Assembly: GCF_964355755.1 (NCBI RefSeq)
Contig: NC_092674.1
Coordinates: 9,858,001 to 9,922,000 of the forward strand
Source of the DNA: Antedon mediterranea
Taxonomy: Eukaryota; Animalia; Echinodermata
DNA: 64,000 bases
Reading direction: 5' to 3'
The notes below the pieces were generated by a model that ran no database searches, was not told the origin of the DNA, and saw nothing but the letters and a program-made list of their open reading frames with translations. This document shows positions 1 to 12,000 of this stretch, in pieces. How positions within the stretch are numbered: the stretch's first letter is position 1; every line of letters begins with the position of its first letter. Position numbers and translations under genes: made by a program.

Positions 1-496
1 CACGTTTCAAAACACGTTTAACCTCACTGAGAACTGCGTCAGTATCCGTCACTGAGCAAAGTGTGAGGGTACACACCACAGCATCTACAGACTGGTCTTC
101 AACATGGCTCTTCATATCCTCACCATAACATTCAATGAATGGTTTGACTTCAACATGATTATTAACTTTTTTGTTTTCCTCTAAATATTGGTTAAAACTT
201 GGGTTTGGATTCAATGGATACACAGTAGTACCCTTTGGATAGAACATGAAATTTGTTCCAGTTCCTACTCCAATTTCCAGAATAGATAGATCATTGACCT
301 TTAACCTCTTTGCAACCTCTGGCAGGTCTTGAAACATTTTACGCTTGGCCTTCTCCGACTTTCTTTCCCCTATCGGGCTAAAAACACGGTACATTAAGTA
401 AGCAAAAACTCTGGGGTAGTAAATCCGATAAATTTTGCTTAGCACTTTCAACAAAATCAATGTCCCTGCAACATAGACAAGAACTGTTTGAGTCAT
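1..496 (-). CDS. METTL7A: METTL7/TMT1-family SAM-dependent thiol methyltransferase, first coding exon, truncated by window edge
   Basis: Manual translation from ATG at 496: MTQTVLVYVAGTLILLKVLSKIYRIYYPRVFAYLMYRVFSPIGERKSEKAKRKMFQDL...ILEIGVGTGTNFMFYPKGTTVYPLNPNPSFNQYL...GEDMKSHVEDQSVDAVVCTLTLCSVTDTDAVLSEVKRVLKR. It has an N-terminal hydrophobic anchor, motif I (LEIGxGTG) and SVDAVVCTLxLCSV, all typical of METTL7A/B. A minus-strand acceptor (ttttccag) at 553-552 implies an upstream UTR exon. A/B paralog assignment is not possible. Confidence 0.93.
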   Translation of the reverse strand, partial: MTQTVLVYVAGTLILLKVLSKIYRIYYPRVFAYLMYRVFSPIGERKSEKAKRKMFQDLPEVAKRLKVNDLSILEIGVGTGTNFMFYPKGTTVYPLNPNPSFNQYLEENKKVNNHVEVKPFIECYGEDMKSHVEDQSVDAVVCTLTLCSVTDTDAVLSEVKRVLKR

Positions 497-749
497 GACA
501 TTATCACATAACCAATCCCACCACAAAAAATCCATTGTCGTAATACTGTATCTGGAAAAATACTAAAATTTATAGGCCTAGGCCTAGTATTCCATTAGTA
601 ATTGACGGCACAGACAGAGAGAAAGACAGTTTATTTTTGTTTGGTGGGTGGTGGGTTGGTTGTGGTTGGTTTCATAGTCCAGTTTAGTCAAGCGTGAAAT
701 TTCACGCCCTCTATTGTTAGAATTTTTTTTTTAAACGTATTAACTTATT

Positions 750-1140
750 TTATATTTATTTTATTTTATTCAATTTTCAGGTACAAAAATACATAACAAG
801 ACAGCGGTGCAGCACCCTGAGGATTGACATGAGTGCAAAGCACTATCGAGATGGCTCTCCATATACTGTACTTGAACATATAAACAATAAAAATACAAAG
901 ATATAAAAATTGAAAAATTGCGAAGCATCAAATTGAACAATCATTAAAATTGTAAAGAGAAAAAAAAAAGTTGCCTGACATATAATATAATATTAATTAT
1001 GAATGTACAGTGTTTGGGAAGTTTATATATATATATTTATTCTTTGAATTTATTCCGATGTTTGTTAATACGAATGCAACAGTCTCTTTTCATCTAAAAT
1101 AATTATTATATTAAATTCTTAACGCCGATAACAGTCCCGA
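750..1140 (-). mobile_element. Non-LTR retrotransposon 3' end relic with AT-rich tail
   Basis: (TTTAT)n tail followed by 'tcaattttcaggtacaaaaatacataacaagacagc'. A near-identical short copy occurs at about 7961-8022. Confidence 0.45.
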
Positions 1141-1199
1141 TAACAGTACATTTTTTTTGTTCATACGTTAATCATATCAACAATCATTAATAATTATAA

Positions 1200-2310
1200 A
1201 TCGGTACTTTCCACGCATACGTGTATATCATCTAATCATCATCATCATCATCATTATATCATCATTATCATAATCCGACGAGGCCTTCCTTTTAACCCAC
1301 AATCAACCCAGTCATATCATCAACAACTAACTAAAGGTCGGGGGGTCATAAACTCTAGTGTGATGTACTTTTCCTGTTTTATTAACAGATCCAGATGCAG
1401 AATAGAAAGTACTGTTTAAAGCTCAGTATGCGGGGAAAGAGAGCACTTCTCGAGTTGTAGGATTTTTCGGAGGAGGACGTTAAAAAGAAACCTTCGTTAT
1501 GATATTAATTCTGATAATAAAATTCTTTGATAAATCTGGAAGTTCATTGTATGATAATGACATTTATGTATATGCTGCCCTCTATAAAAAAAAATTTTGA
1601 GACACGACATCGTCGCCGCCGCCGCTGTTCTCACTCCCCATCGCAAACCATCGCTAGGCCTCTGTCGGTGTTTTCGTACACTTATTTGGAAACGGAAATT
1701 ATATTGCTTGGAAGAAAATGACGTACTAAAATGGTAAATACCGACTATTGTTTATATTACATTCTTTAAAACGAATTTTAATTTACTTGTTGACGATTTA
1801 ACAGTGTCCTCATTTGGCAAACTAATGTTGACATATTTTGGAAGGCCGTGTTGATTGATAAAACTGATTATCAGATCTGACTTCCAATGGCAATGATGGG
1901 GAAAGAAACCAGTTTCCCGCTGTCAACAATTCCATTTGGTGGCAGAGGGCATCAACATGGATTTGGACTTAATCAAATTGATTATGATCTATCCGATTTA
2001 AAGATTGATAAAGGTGTGTCATTAACCAAAATTAGCAGTAGATTTGCTTTCTAATTCAAACCATAAACTTTTAAACTGCATGGTAAAACCAGCACCATAC
2101 ATGGGCTGGCAAAACCATTACATTTGGTAGGCCTAATTAATACTTGAAAATAGGCTAGGCTAGGCCTATACTATAGTTACTAAATTCGTTACTAAAAGTT
2201 AGGCCTAGCTAGTAGTACAGGAAGGCCTAGATAGGCTAGGAGGTATTCTATATAGATAATAAGTCAAGCTTAGTTAGGCCTAGATGATAGTAGCAAGCCA
2301 CTAGCTAGGA
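1200..2310. promoter_or_regulatory. Putative bidirectional promoter region for METTL7 (minus) and FHIP1 (plus), with a possible non-coding first FHIP1 exon ending near 1732
   Basis: Local CpG enrichment (cgacatcgtcgccgccgccgc at about 1605-1625) between two divergent genes, donor-like ATG|gtaaat at 1732/1733 and a TAGGCCTA cluster at 2128-2310. The TSS cannot be determined. Confidence 0.45.
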
Positions 2311-2337
2311 TTTGCGGAGACCCCTTCTCCCTTCCTG

Positions 2338-2570
2338 ATGCAGATCGCCGGTCTCCCATCGCTTGCGACAAGGAGGGTGGGTTTGGTGTTGTCTTTTGGT
2401 GAGAAACTTCTTGCCTCTGACATATTTCGGAATATGCTCCCTCATTGTTGCGAACTTGATGTCGTCCTTCGGTCTTGCCCCCCCCCCCCCCCCCCCAGAA
2501 CTGGCAGAACTGAGCGATTTAAGAAATCACCTGTTCCTACTATGGCTAGACTGTTTTTTTTAATAAAGAT
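2338..2570 (+). mobile_element. CR1/L2-group LINE ORF2 C-terminal relic
   Basis: LPSLATRRVGLVLSFG...RTERFKKSPVP resembles the C-terminus of non-LTR RT proteins and the copy at 6325-6806. It is interrupted by a poly-C run. Confidence 0.7.
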
Positions 2571-2915
2571 ATACCGAATATAATAAAAACACACTGATGA
2601 GAGGCCTGGTTTTGTTCCGAGATGTTCTGAGTTCTTACTGCGTGCACGTGTATTGCCCTGGGTGGTATTAAACTGACCAATCATAGTAATCAACTAGCAT
2701 GCAACTATGCTTTTTGTCCGAGATTTCCGAGGGTTCGCATATGCGTGTATTAAAACGTGTTATAAGTTAGGAGATCAAATCTGGTTACAGGTTGTTAAAA
2801 GTTGTAACAATTTATGTGAAAAGGGTTTGTATTGTATACGTAGTATACAGCAGGTACAGATCAGTACATCCATAAATTGTGTTTAGTTTTCTAAAAAAGG
2901 TTATTATAATAATAG

Positions 2916-3089
2916 CAGGGAATAATTTCGCCAGTGTAGCATAGCAAAAAGCTATACAAAACAGCCTTCTTGCTACACATATCTACAATTGTGTTGCAAA
3001 AATTTTGATAGAAAACTATGTTTCTCAACTCAAAAATCAGTTTGATTAGCAATATTGCTAAACAAAATTTTAAAATGAAATTTTTCCCT
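2916..3089. mobile_element. Small MITE with CAGGGAA...TTCCCTG ends; second copy at about 12382-12578
   Basis: Both loci share 'gcagggaataattt(c/t)gccagtgt...gcatagcaaaa' and end in 'aaatgaa...ttcc(c/t)tg'. Confidence 0.6.
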
Positions 3090-5282
3090 GAATAGTACAT
3101 TTTGAAGAGATCATTTATATATTAATTTTCTTTACCATAAGTAAATAAAATGTATCTACAGTATATGTCCAAGTACAGTCTGTAAAGTTTGTGGTTTACA
3201 AAACAATCAAAGGCAAACAATTGATACTCATCACAGTAAGTACTTACAAATAATACTATTATCACTTGTATTTAATTGTTACTGTACTATGTGGGAACTA
3301 CACAACTACACTGAGTATTTACAAGTACAATCCACACCCACTACTGTAATAATAATGCATTGTTGTGCCATTCCATTATTTGTTCATATATCAACGTTTG
3401 CTTCTTTTTTATTAAAAGTAAATCTACTAATGTAAGTTTAGATTTTTAGGTGTGTTTCTAATTTACATATTTTTTATAATACTGTATGTTCTTTAAATTA
3501 CTAGTTATATTTTCCCCTAAAAAAAAACAAATTTTCCAATTTTTTTTTTAATACCATTTTAATTTCACATAAATAGTTACTCACTTTTATTATTTGCCTG
3601 AAAAAGTGTAATTTAAGGCAAAAAATAATATGATTTCAAGACTGGACTTGAAGTCAATTGGTGTTTTGTTGAATTAAAACGTTTATTTTGTCTTTTTATA
3701 AAGTGTAAACATTTTTGTTTTCTGCGGAATGATTATCATCATTAAAACTGCGAAATGGTCTATTCAAATTCTTTTTTTTTCATTTAATATTAATAATTTA
3801 AAGATTCATACAATTCAAAATAAACTTTATGTATGTTTTTTTCCCAGGGCCCAGCTTGTTGATGTTTATTCCCAGGGACCTGCTGGTTATCTGCAGGAAC
3901 CTTTTTCCTAATACATTATGGACCTTGCTTTATTTACCATCTGATATTTGACCTCTATTGTACACCATAGACTAATGTTTATGTTATTTACATAATCGCA
4001 GTAAAAATGATACATTGCAATACTTAATAAGTCAAGCTGTAGTAAACAAAAGTGAAGTAGATATTTTACTGTAGTTTTCCCTTTCTATCTAAACCTCAGT
4101 ATAAACTAGAAGTTAAAAATTAGACAAAATTATTAAATTAAAACAATGTGTTTTAACTGTTTATCGCTATACTGTAGTATCAATAATCTGTGGTATTTAA
4201 AATTTGCAGAGTCATGTACCGTAGTGTACTGTATATCAAATTATGTTAGATTAACACAGAAGTAAAGTTTTTATCTATAGCCTCCCATACCAATTACAAC
4301 GTCATTGGAAATAAAAAAGTATTGGTACAAAAAATATCCACATAAAAATACTGTATAAGTATTACAAGGTCCAAGCATCAAAAGTTTTAAAGAACCGCCA
4401 TACTTTGTAAAACATACTGTGAACATATGCTTTATTCAGCAGCATTGTATACTGTAGCCTCAGTACTAACTACACAGTAGTGTATAGTATAATTATGTCC
4501 AGAGCTGATGCATTAAAGTTGATGGCCATTTACAGTATCTTGTCTGTTGTAATTTAGCTAATTGATGAAGGCCAGCTGAAGATCTATGGTAGCACTACAG
4601 TACAGCAGTGTAATTATTATTTATTACACTTCATTGCATTCATTCATTCGTTAACAAAGTGGTCATCTTCACTGTTCAATGAAATGATGGAAGAATCCAT
4701 GTGAAGTTTTGCAGAACGAGAGACTATGATGAACATGGGCGGGGTAGGGTCTTGCGCCTACAGTTAAACTCTACATGCTGAATCTGTCCATTGAATGAGC
4801 TGCCTATAAAAGATGTGTTCATACAAACATACAGGACGACAATTTGATCATTTCAGGTTTTTTTCTCTTTTTTTAGGTTATACTATAGCGACTTCCTACT
4901 ACAGTACTACTACTACTGTAGTAGTGTATAATACTGTACACAAATTTAAACCATCTACAGTATATAGTACTGTTATATTCCACAATGGATACAAATTTAT
5001 TTAACAGTTTTGTTTACAAATTTTGTAAACAAAATTATAAGGTTTAGATTTTCTCAAAATCGGTCTGACTTGTGTATCATATATTTTTTAAGGGCTCATA
5101 AAAGGTATGTGCATTTTCAATGTTATTATAAAGATTTTGATTATATTAATTAATATGGTTGTTTTTTATTTACTTAGACTATGAATAAACATGGCAAAAC
5201 CAGGATAATATTATGACAAATATGGTGCTACATAGTGCTACATAGTTATATTTGATTGGAGGAAAATACGGATATATACAAA

Positions 5283-6047
5283 ATGAGTCGTGTGAACGGA
5301 GAAAAGACACGGGTCCTAAAACCCCCTGGATCCCCGACCGGTACAAACTATTTAGAACGATCATTTGTCGATCTTGATCCTCAAACATGTTACGAAGTCT
5401 TCATCAACCATTGGAAACAGATTCAAGGAGTGTTCAATAAACACATCAACACTACCGTGTTCAAACGCTCGAAGGTTAGTGGCGAAGAGGTTCAGACTGT
5501 CGTGAATTACATGAACCAGATGATGTGTTTATTGGTTGAGGAAAAAATGCCGAGAGGTGGCGTTATTGGCCGAATGCTTGAGCTAATGATAAAGGAAAAT
5601 ATGCTTGATAAGTTCTTCGTTTGGTGTAGTAAAAGCGGAGAATTTTTAGAAGACTTAAAATATGAACAACTTAAAATTTATGAAATTCTGATTGCGCAAT
5701 CGAAACAAAGTGTCCTTATGCACAATGCGATTTTAAACCCGCTTTTGCGAGTTCTGTTAGCGTGTTCGGAATTTAACTCTGAACGTGTTGAATCTCGATT
5801 AATTTTGCTGTTAAACCAACTTTGTGTTGCTCTTTCGAAAGATACAACTTTGTTAGAATTTTTATTTCATGCAAGTCCAAATCAGGGCCCGGCAAAGTTT
5901 TTAATATTTTCTTTGCTGATACCGTATGTGCACCGTGAAGGTCGCAGAGGTCAACAAGCAAGGGATGCGCTTTTACTATGCATGGCTGTGTCATCTGAGG
6001 CTGAAACTGTTGGGAAATATATTGCCGGTAGTACTAGCCTCTGTCCT
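5283..6047 (+). CDS. FHIP1B: FHIP1 coding exon 1 (exon starts at 5178 with UTR)
   Basis: Acceptor tacttag|5178, ATG at 5283 (MSRVNGEK...DPQTCYEVFINHWKQ...STSLCP), donor CCT|gtaagt, phase 0. Confidence 0.93.
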
Positions 6048-9000
6048 GTAAGTATTTTTTTTTTTGGATTATTAATATTTCTGTGTTTCTTTTATTATTA
6101 TTGTTGATTATTTATTAAAGCGCCTTTCCATAAGATCAAAGCGCTGTACAGAGAGATTATCAAAAACCACAAAAAAATAAATAAAATGCTACTTACTACA
6201 CTGTAGGAAACCAATACGTTTTTAGATGTTTCTTTAAAGACGAGAACTAGGAGCCTGTCGGATATCCAAAGGGATGCTGATTAAAAATTTTCGGACCATG
6301 GACAAACAATGCAATCATCATTTAGGTATATTTATTCATAAAAAGACATCAAAATACAACGGCAGCCAAAAGGCTGAAAAGTAGTATTTTACAAAATTTG
6401 ATAAAAATATATTATGTATAAAAGGTAAAACTAGTTTAAAAAAAAAAAATAATAATTTACCACATTAAAATTGGTCCACCTGTAAGTTAAAAAAGTGCCA
6501 GCCTATTCAATATTCATCATTAATGAATCGGACTAAAAAAGGGACTGGTGAAGATCTAAATCTTTCTGTACGACCAAACGGGATTTTGAGTAGAGGCTTA
6601 CTCGCAGACCTCAGGGTTCTGCTAATGTCACGAACAGGGGGAAGAATGCTTCTACGTGTAAATGTATCGGACTTTATTATTCCTTTACCAAATTTCAGTA
6701 AGAGTTGGACTCTTCTGTTAACTAGCGATGGAAGGTCTGACAATTTAAGAGCAGACTCGTAGGATACATAGTTCATGCCATAAATGATTCGTAGAGCTCT
6801 TTTTCAATCAATGTCGCCAAAAAACCATTTTTGTGGCAGGGGCTGACTGTATGACAATTTCTTCTACTCACTATTAAAATTTAGCAATATTTGAGACTGT
6901 TTAAATACACGTCATTGAAGTAGACTTATTCAAACAGTCATAAGGTTAGGATATAGCAGGAAGTTTGTTAAACAGTTTCTACTGACGACAAACAAAATAT
7001 AATGTGATAAACACTTCCTGCTCTATATCCACAATCTTGTTTTCCACAAAACAGACAGCCTTTATTTCCTTACAGATGTCATTTTAACGGAAGAGTACAT
7101 GGTAAACATGTAGATAAACAACTTTAACCTACTTTTATCTGTCATTTAAATATATGTTTTTTCAATTCAATCACCTTTTTGCAACTTGTAAACAAATTTC
7201 AAGTTTAACAATTGATAATAAAAATTAATAATAAAAAAATGTTTTAAGGGAATAAAAATAATTTTTAAAACAATAGCTAATTAATGTAATTTTATATCAG
7301 TAGTTTCACTTTTTAACATTTAAGTTTAAGAGTCTCAAAATAAACAATTTTTTTTAAATTAAACAAAAATGTATAAATTAATATAAAAACAAATTAACGT
7401 CATTTATGTAGTTCGTCTAATTTAGTTTCACATTCTCAACAAAAAAGCTGTAAAATAACTTCATACGGTAATAATACCATATTGACAAATTGATTGAAAA
7501 AAACTTTTAATTTTTTTACATACAGTCTACATGAATTGAATTTAAAACAAATTTCACAATATTGACAGGGATTTTCTTACCATAATGTCTGAGGCTAAAC
7601 TAAAAAGAATATTTTGTACTTTAGGGAGGTTTAATATGAAAAAACAATGCCTGTCAAAAGAAACAAATAACACTTACTGTTCTTCTGCAGTACCATCTTT
7701 ATAAAACTGTATCTTTCTTTTTACAATAAAACACCTGTAGCTAATTTCATTCTCACATAATTAACTTTTGTTGATGAAAATCTTTATCAATAAAATTTAA
7801 TTATGGACAAATTGTTTATAATACATACAGACTGTTATACAGACTAATCTACTAATCATCAGTATAAAAATTAATGTAAAATTCTATACTCTACATTAAG
7901 GAAATTTCATGTTTCTGTTATAATTTTGTAGGAGGTTTATTGTATTGTTCAGTACTATTTATTTTATTTATTTTATTTTATTCAATTTTTAGGCACAAAA
8001 ATACATAACAACGAGACAGCAGGTACTTGACAAAGATTGGCTAAAATACCAGTCCACTTGGTACTCAGTCCTGTACAGTGAAAATGAACAGTAGTATGCC
8101 TATCCCAGGTATATTCGTTTAAATTTACTGCAGATAACTGACTTATTTCTATTTGTTTATTTCAGGTTTTAGCCACAGGCTTGGGTGCACTATATTCACG
8201 GTTGCCAAGGAAACTAGTAATTGATGTTGACCATTGGCATTCGTTGACCCGTGATGACTGGGTCAAGATCCCTGAACTGGTTCACTTCCTGAACTCTTTG
8301 GAATTTTGCAATGCTGTAGTACAGGTACTGTATGGATGTTTTATTTAAAGTTAGTTGATTTTATAACAAATATAGTTTGTTGTTCTAAAGAAATTAAAGC
8401 CAATTATACCCCTTTCACATTTATTATATACCCCTTTGCAGTACCCCAATGATTAAACTCTGGAGAAACATGAAGTATCTCCCGGAGAACTAGAGATCCA
8501 TTAACATACAGTACCCACTCTGGAGAGACCCCAAAAATGACTGATATTGATATTTTATTAAGATACAAAAACAAATTTGGCTGGCCTTGTAACCCTAAAC
8601 AATGCCTGTGTTTATAGTCAGTACCATTTACACATTGCGTTCCTGTTTGTCAGTGCATTTTTTTTTTCGGTGGGTAATACAGTACTGTACATTAAGTTCA
8701 AAACAAAGGTGGGTAGAAGATTTTGATGGTAGGTGTTCCCACTCACCTCTGCCCAGCACAATATTAAACTTAAATCTCTGTCTGCACTATCAAACTTTAT
8801 TTGATAAACAAAATGTGATGTGCCTATATGTACAGTACAGATAATAAATACTGCAACATTTGGACGCGTAGACTACGTTTCGTACGCGTGGCAACTTCGT
8901 AGGTTTCGCGTGGCGTAATCTACGCAAGCTAACATTCTACGCGTAGTCTACGCGTAGCCTACGAAGCGAGAGCTAGGAGGGGAAATTCCAATGTTCAGAT

Positions 9001-12000
9001 TATTGTGTACTGTCATGGAGTAAAGAATGGTACTGTGCTGCTGCACCACACACGGAATTTGTTAACGATTTTGAATACTAGTTTTCATCAATTTTAAAAT
9101 GCGAGTTAATTACTGTGAAGTAATAATAAATGTATTAATATTAGTATTAATTACTGTGTGTTGGTTGTGTTAAAATGGGACATTTATTTTTATGAAAGAA
9201 GAACAAGTGTACATCTATCACCGATCGGCCAACGTACGGTGGACGGCGGTCGTCATCTGTTTGTGTGAAATGGCCTCCGGCTAGGCCTAGCTAGCTAGCT
9301 AAAAAGGTAGGGTTACCGGCGTACCTACCGACAGTTTAATTTTAAAATATGTGGTACGCCTATAGTACTTATAGGCCTACTTAGTAGTAGTACTGTATGA
9401 TAATCCATACTGTGTACAAGCGTTAAATACGATGTACATGGCGTGAAAATGTGAAATAATGTGGTATAGCCTAGGTGACAGAAGGAAGGATATTTCCTCG
9501 ATACGACAGTTTTCGCCGTGAAGCTGCTGTTTACCCACGTGTTTGTATCGCGCAGTACAACTCTCTACTGTCTGAACTATGTTTGTTTACTAGGCTATAT
9601 ATTATAATGAACGATGTTTCGTTTTAAAAATGCGTTTAAATGAAATATTACGCTTATTTAGTACTATGGGATAATATGAATTGTTTAAATACTGTAAATG
9701 TCAAAATAATAGAATACAAATGCGATATTATTTTTGTTCCAACGGAAATCGAGACGGATCACTCCATTCGTAATTCATTCGCCCAGTGTGTTTATATCCA
9801 CGTGTTTATGATCCGCGGATGGATACTCTCTCTGAACTGTACTTTTATGTTTTGATTTTAACCTTCAATTTAGTGAAGTTCAACTTTTATTAAATAAAGT
9901 CTTGCATATTTCCTAACCCTAAAATGTTAATTATAATTTATTTTTATTTATAACTAAACTAACATTTATTTAAATACTATCTACTATTATCGCGCATGAC
10001 TAAAAAAAACAAAACAACAAGATCAGGCAAGCACATGTTATGTGTCCTCCGATCCTCCTCCTCTCTGCTGATGACGATGTTCTAAACGACCTGTAACTTG
10101 ACCCTCCACACCGATCCTCTGCTGCAGGTTGTTACAATAGCTAATATTAATGGAGTTTGATGTACAGTTACGACGAAAGTTTCAAACCTGGATATTTTTT
10201 GTTTAGATGAAACATACTGAGTACTGTATTAATTACTTATAAAAAATTAACTTGCAATTTTAGGCCTACTACTAATAGTTACTATTACTATGAAAGGTAG
10301 TCATAATAACGGCCCGTCATCAATTCATTTTGTACACTACTGCCTGGCCGGCGATGGTGAATGTACAGCAGTCAGCAGTAGGCCTAGTTAATTAGACTTT
10401 TCGCGTCTAGCCTAGGCTTTGAGCAATTTTAATTGCTATTTCCTTTAGAAAAATTTGAATTTCAAGTATGTTTAATAATGATGATGATATTATTGTAACA
10501 ATCGTATCATTTCTTTTTATTCGAACTTTTCGTAGCCTGCTTAGCCGTCGACGATGTACTTGTACACAGTTGAGTTTGGGGAATTCCCACACACAGTTGA
10601 TCACAACGTAGGCTACGAATGCTACGCGTAGCCTACGCACTACGAATGCTACGCCACGCAACCGCCACGCACCCGCCACGCGTTGACTACGTTACCTACG
10701 CGTGGCAAATGTTGCAGTAGTTTTTATCTGTACTGTACATGATGACATCATATCACACATGGGCATGTCACACTTTTTTTGTCAAACTAGTTTATGATAT
10801 TTTAGACTTAGGGTATGTTCAGACTCACGGAGTTACGGTGGAGTTATGTACGCGGCGTACATATTTTTGTGTCTGAACCATGCCGCGGATTAGCGTTAGG
10901 GAGCTGTTACTCCGCGCCAGTGGCGTTAATAACTCCAGCGGGAGAGGGTAGATTTCATAAGGCTAATCCATTGATGCATCAGTGATTTCAACCTCCGGTC
11001 AACGTCAGCCAATGAAAAGACACGACCGCAATTAGCAGCAGTCTATTCGCGAGGTTTTTTTTAATAGCAAAACAATATAGCTATTCCTCGAGCTAGCCTA
11101 GATCAACAGCAACATTCGAATTAAAATGAAACGTGTTACATGGAAAAGTACAGACGTGGCTGATTTGATTTCATTATGGGGCAGCCCTGAATTTATAGAC
11201 AAGATAGAAATTAGGAATTGGAAAGCTAGCGCCGGCAACAAGATGGCTGTTTTTAAAGAAATTGCATCTAAACTGCAAAATTCTTCCTGACGAAGTTGGC
11301 GTCGGTGACATGATTTCACAAAATTAATTAAAATCATACAAATAATGGCAAAGTCATTGTCCGTGTAATAATTATGTTCGAAATTACTATCTTCTGTAAG
11401 GATTTGCAAAAAAATCGGCAAAAAAACCATTACATTTGAAGGTAACATTGTATTATATTGCTAGGCCTAGCTAGTGTTATAAACTTTCGCCCGTGTCACT
11501 CTCAGCTCTGTTGTTGTTATTGTGTGTATGTATCCCATCGGCCGTTTCGGTATGACGGAACTTCTGCTTTAAACGCAAGACGTTTGGAATGCTAATCGTT
11601 GTGTCTGAACACCTTGACTTTTAACGCCACGGATTACCGTACGCCTTGCGTAGATAACTCCACCGTAACTCCGTGAGTCTGAACATACCCTAAGCTTTAG
11701 AGAAACCTTTATTTTTTAAAGCGTTGATCCTCATACAACCGTGCTTTCTTTAGCCAAACTAAATTTATAGTTTTCAAAAACAGATAGACATTTACATCCT
11801 GTATGTTTAAATTACAGGGTTGTTTATGAAAAAACTAGTTAAAAACTAATCCATATAATGCTCGATTTGCCTAGATTAAAAGAAATTCTCTACATTTCCG
11901 TTTATTAATGGTTGTTGATTTCCTTGTTTGAATATATCATGTGATATTTTGACACAGATAACACAGATATTATAAATCATGTTTAATTTGACATTACCAT

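Larger units (their letters stand above)
8771..11699. mobile_element. Small host MITE split into three pieces by two nested insertions
   Basis: Pieces 8771-8832, 10738-10810 and 11691-11699 rejoin to match the intact element at 32274-32450 (ctctgtctacactatcaaa...tttgatagtgtagacagagcttta). Confidence 0.7.

Noticed and set aside
2590-2640. CTGATGA as a hammerhead ribozyme core
   Set aside because: No convincing stem II, and GAGA replaces GAAA. It is more likely part of a small TE relic.
4720-4790. Possible C/D box snoRNA (ATGATGA...CTGA)
   Set aside because: Weak terminal stem, no clear C'/D' boxes and no recognisable rRNA antisense element.
5256-5282. ORF-track starts at 5256 (TTG) and 48110 (GTG), and read-through tails past donors
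   Set aside because: These are bacterial-style start calls. The eukaryotic starts are ATG 5283 and ATG 48176, and the exons end at GT donors.
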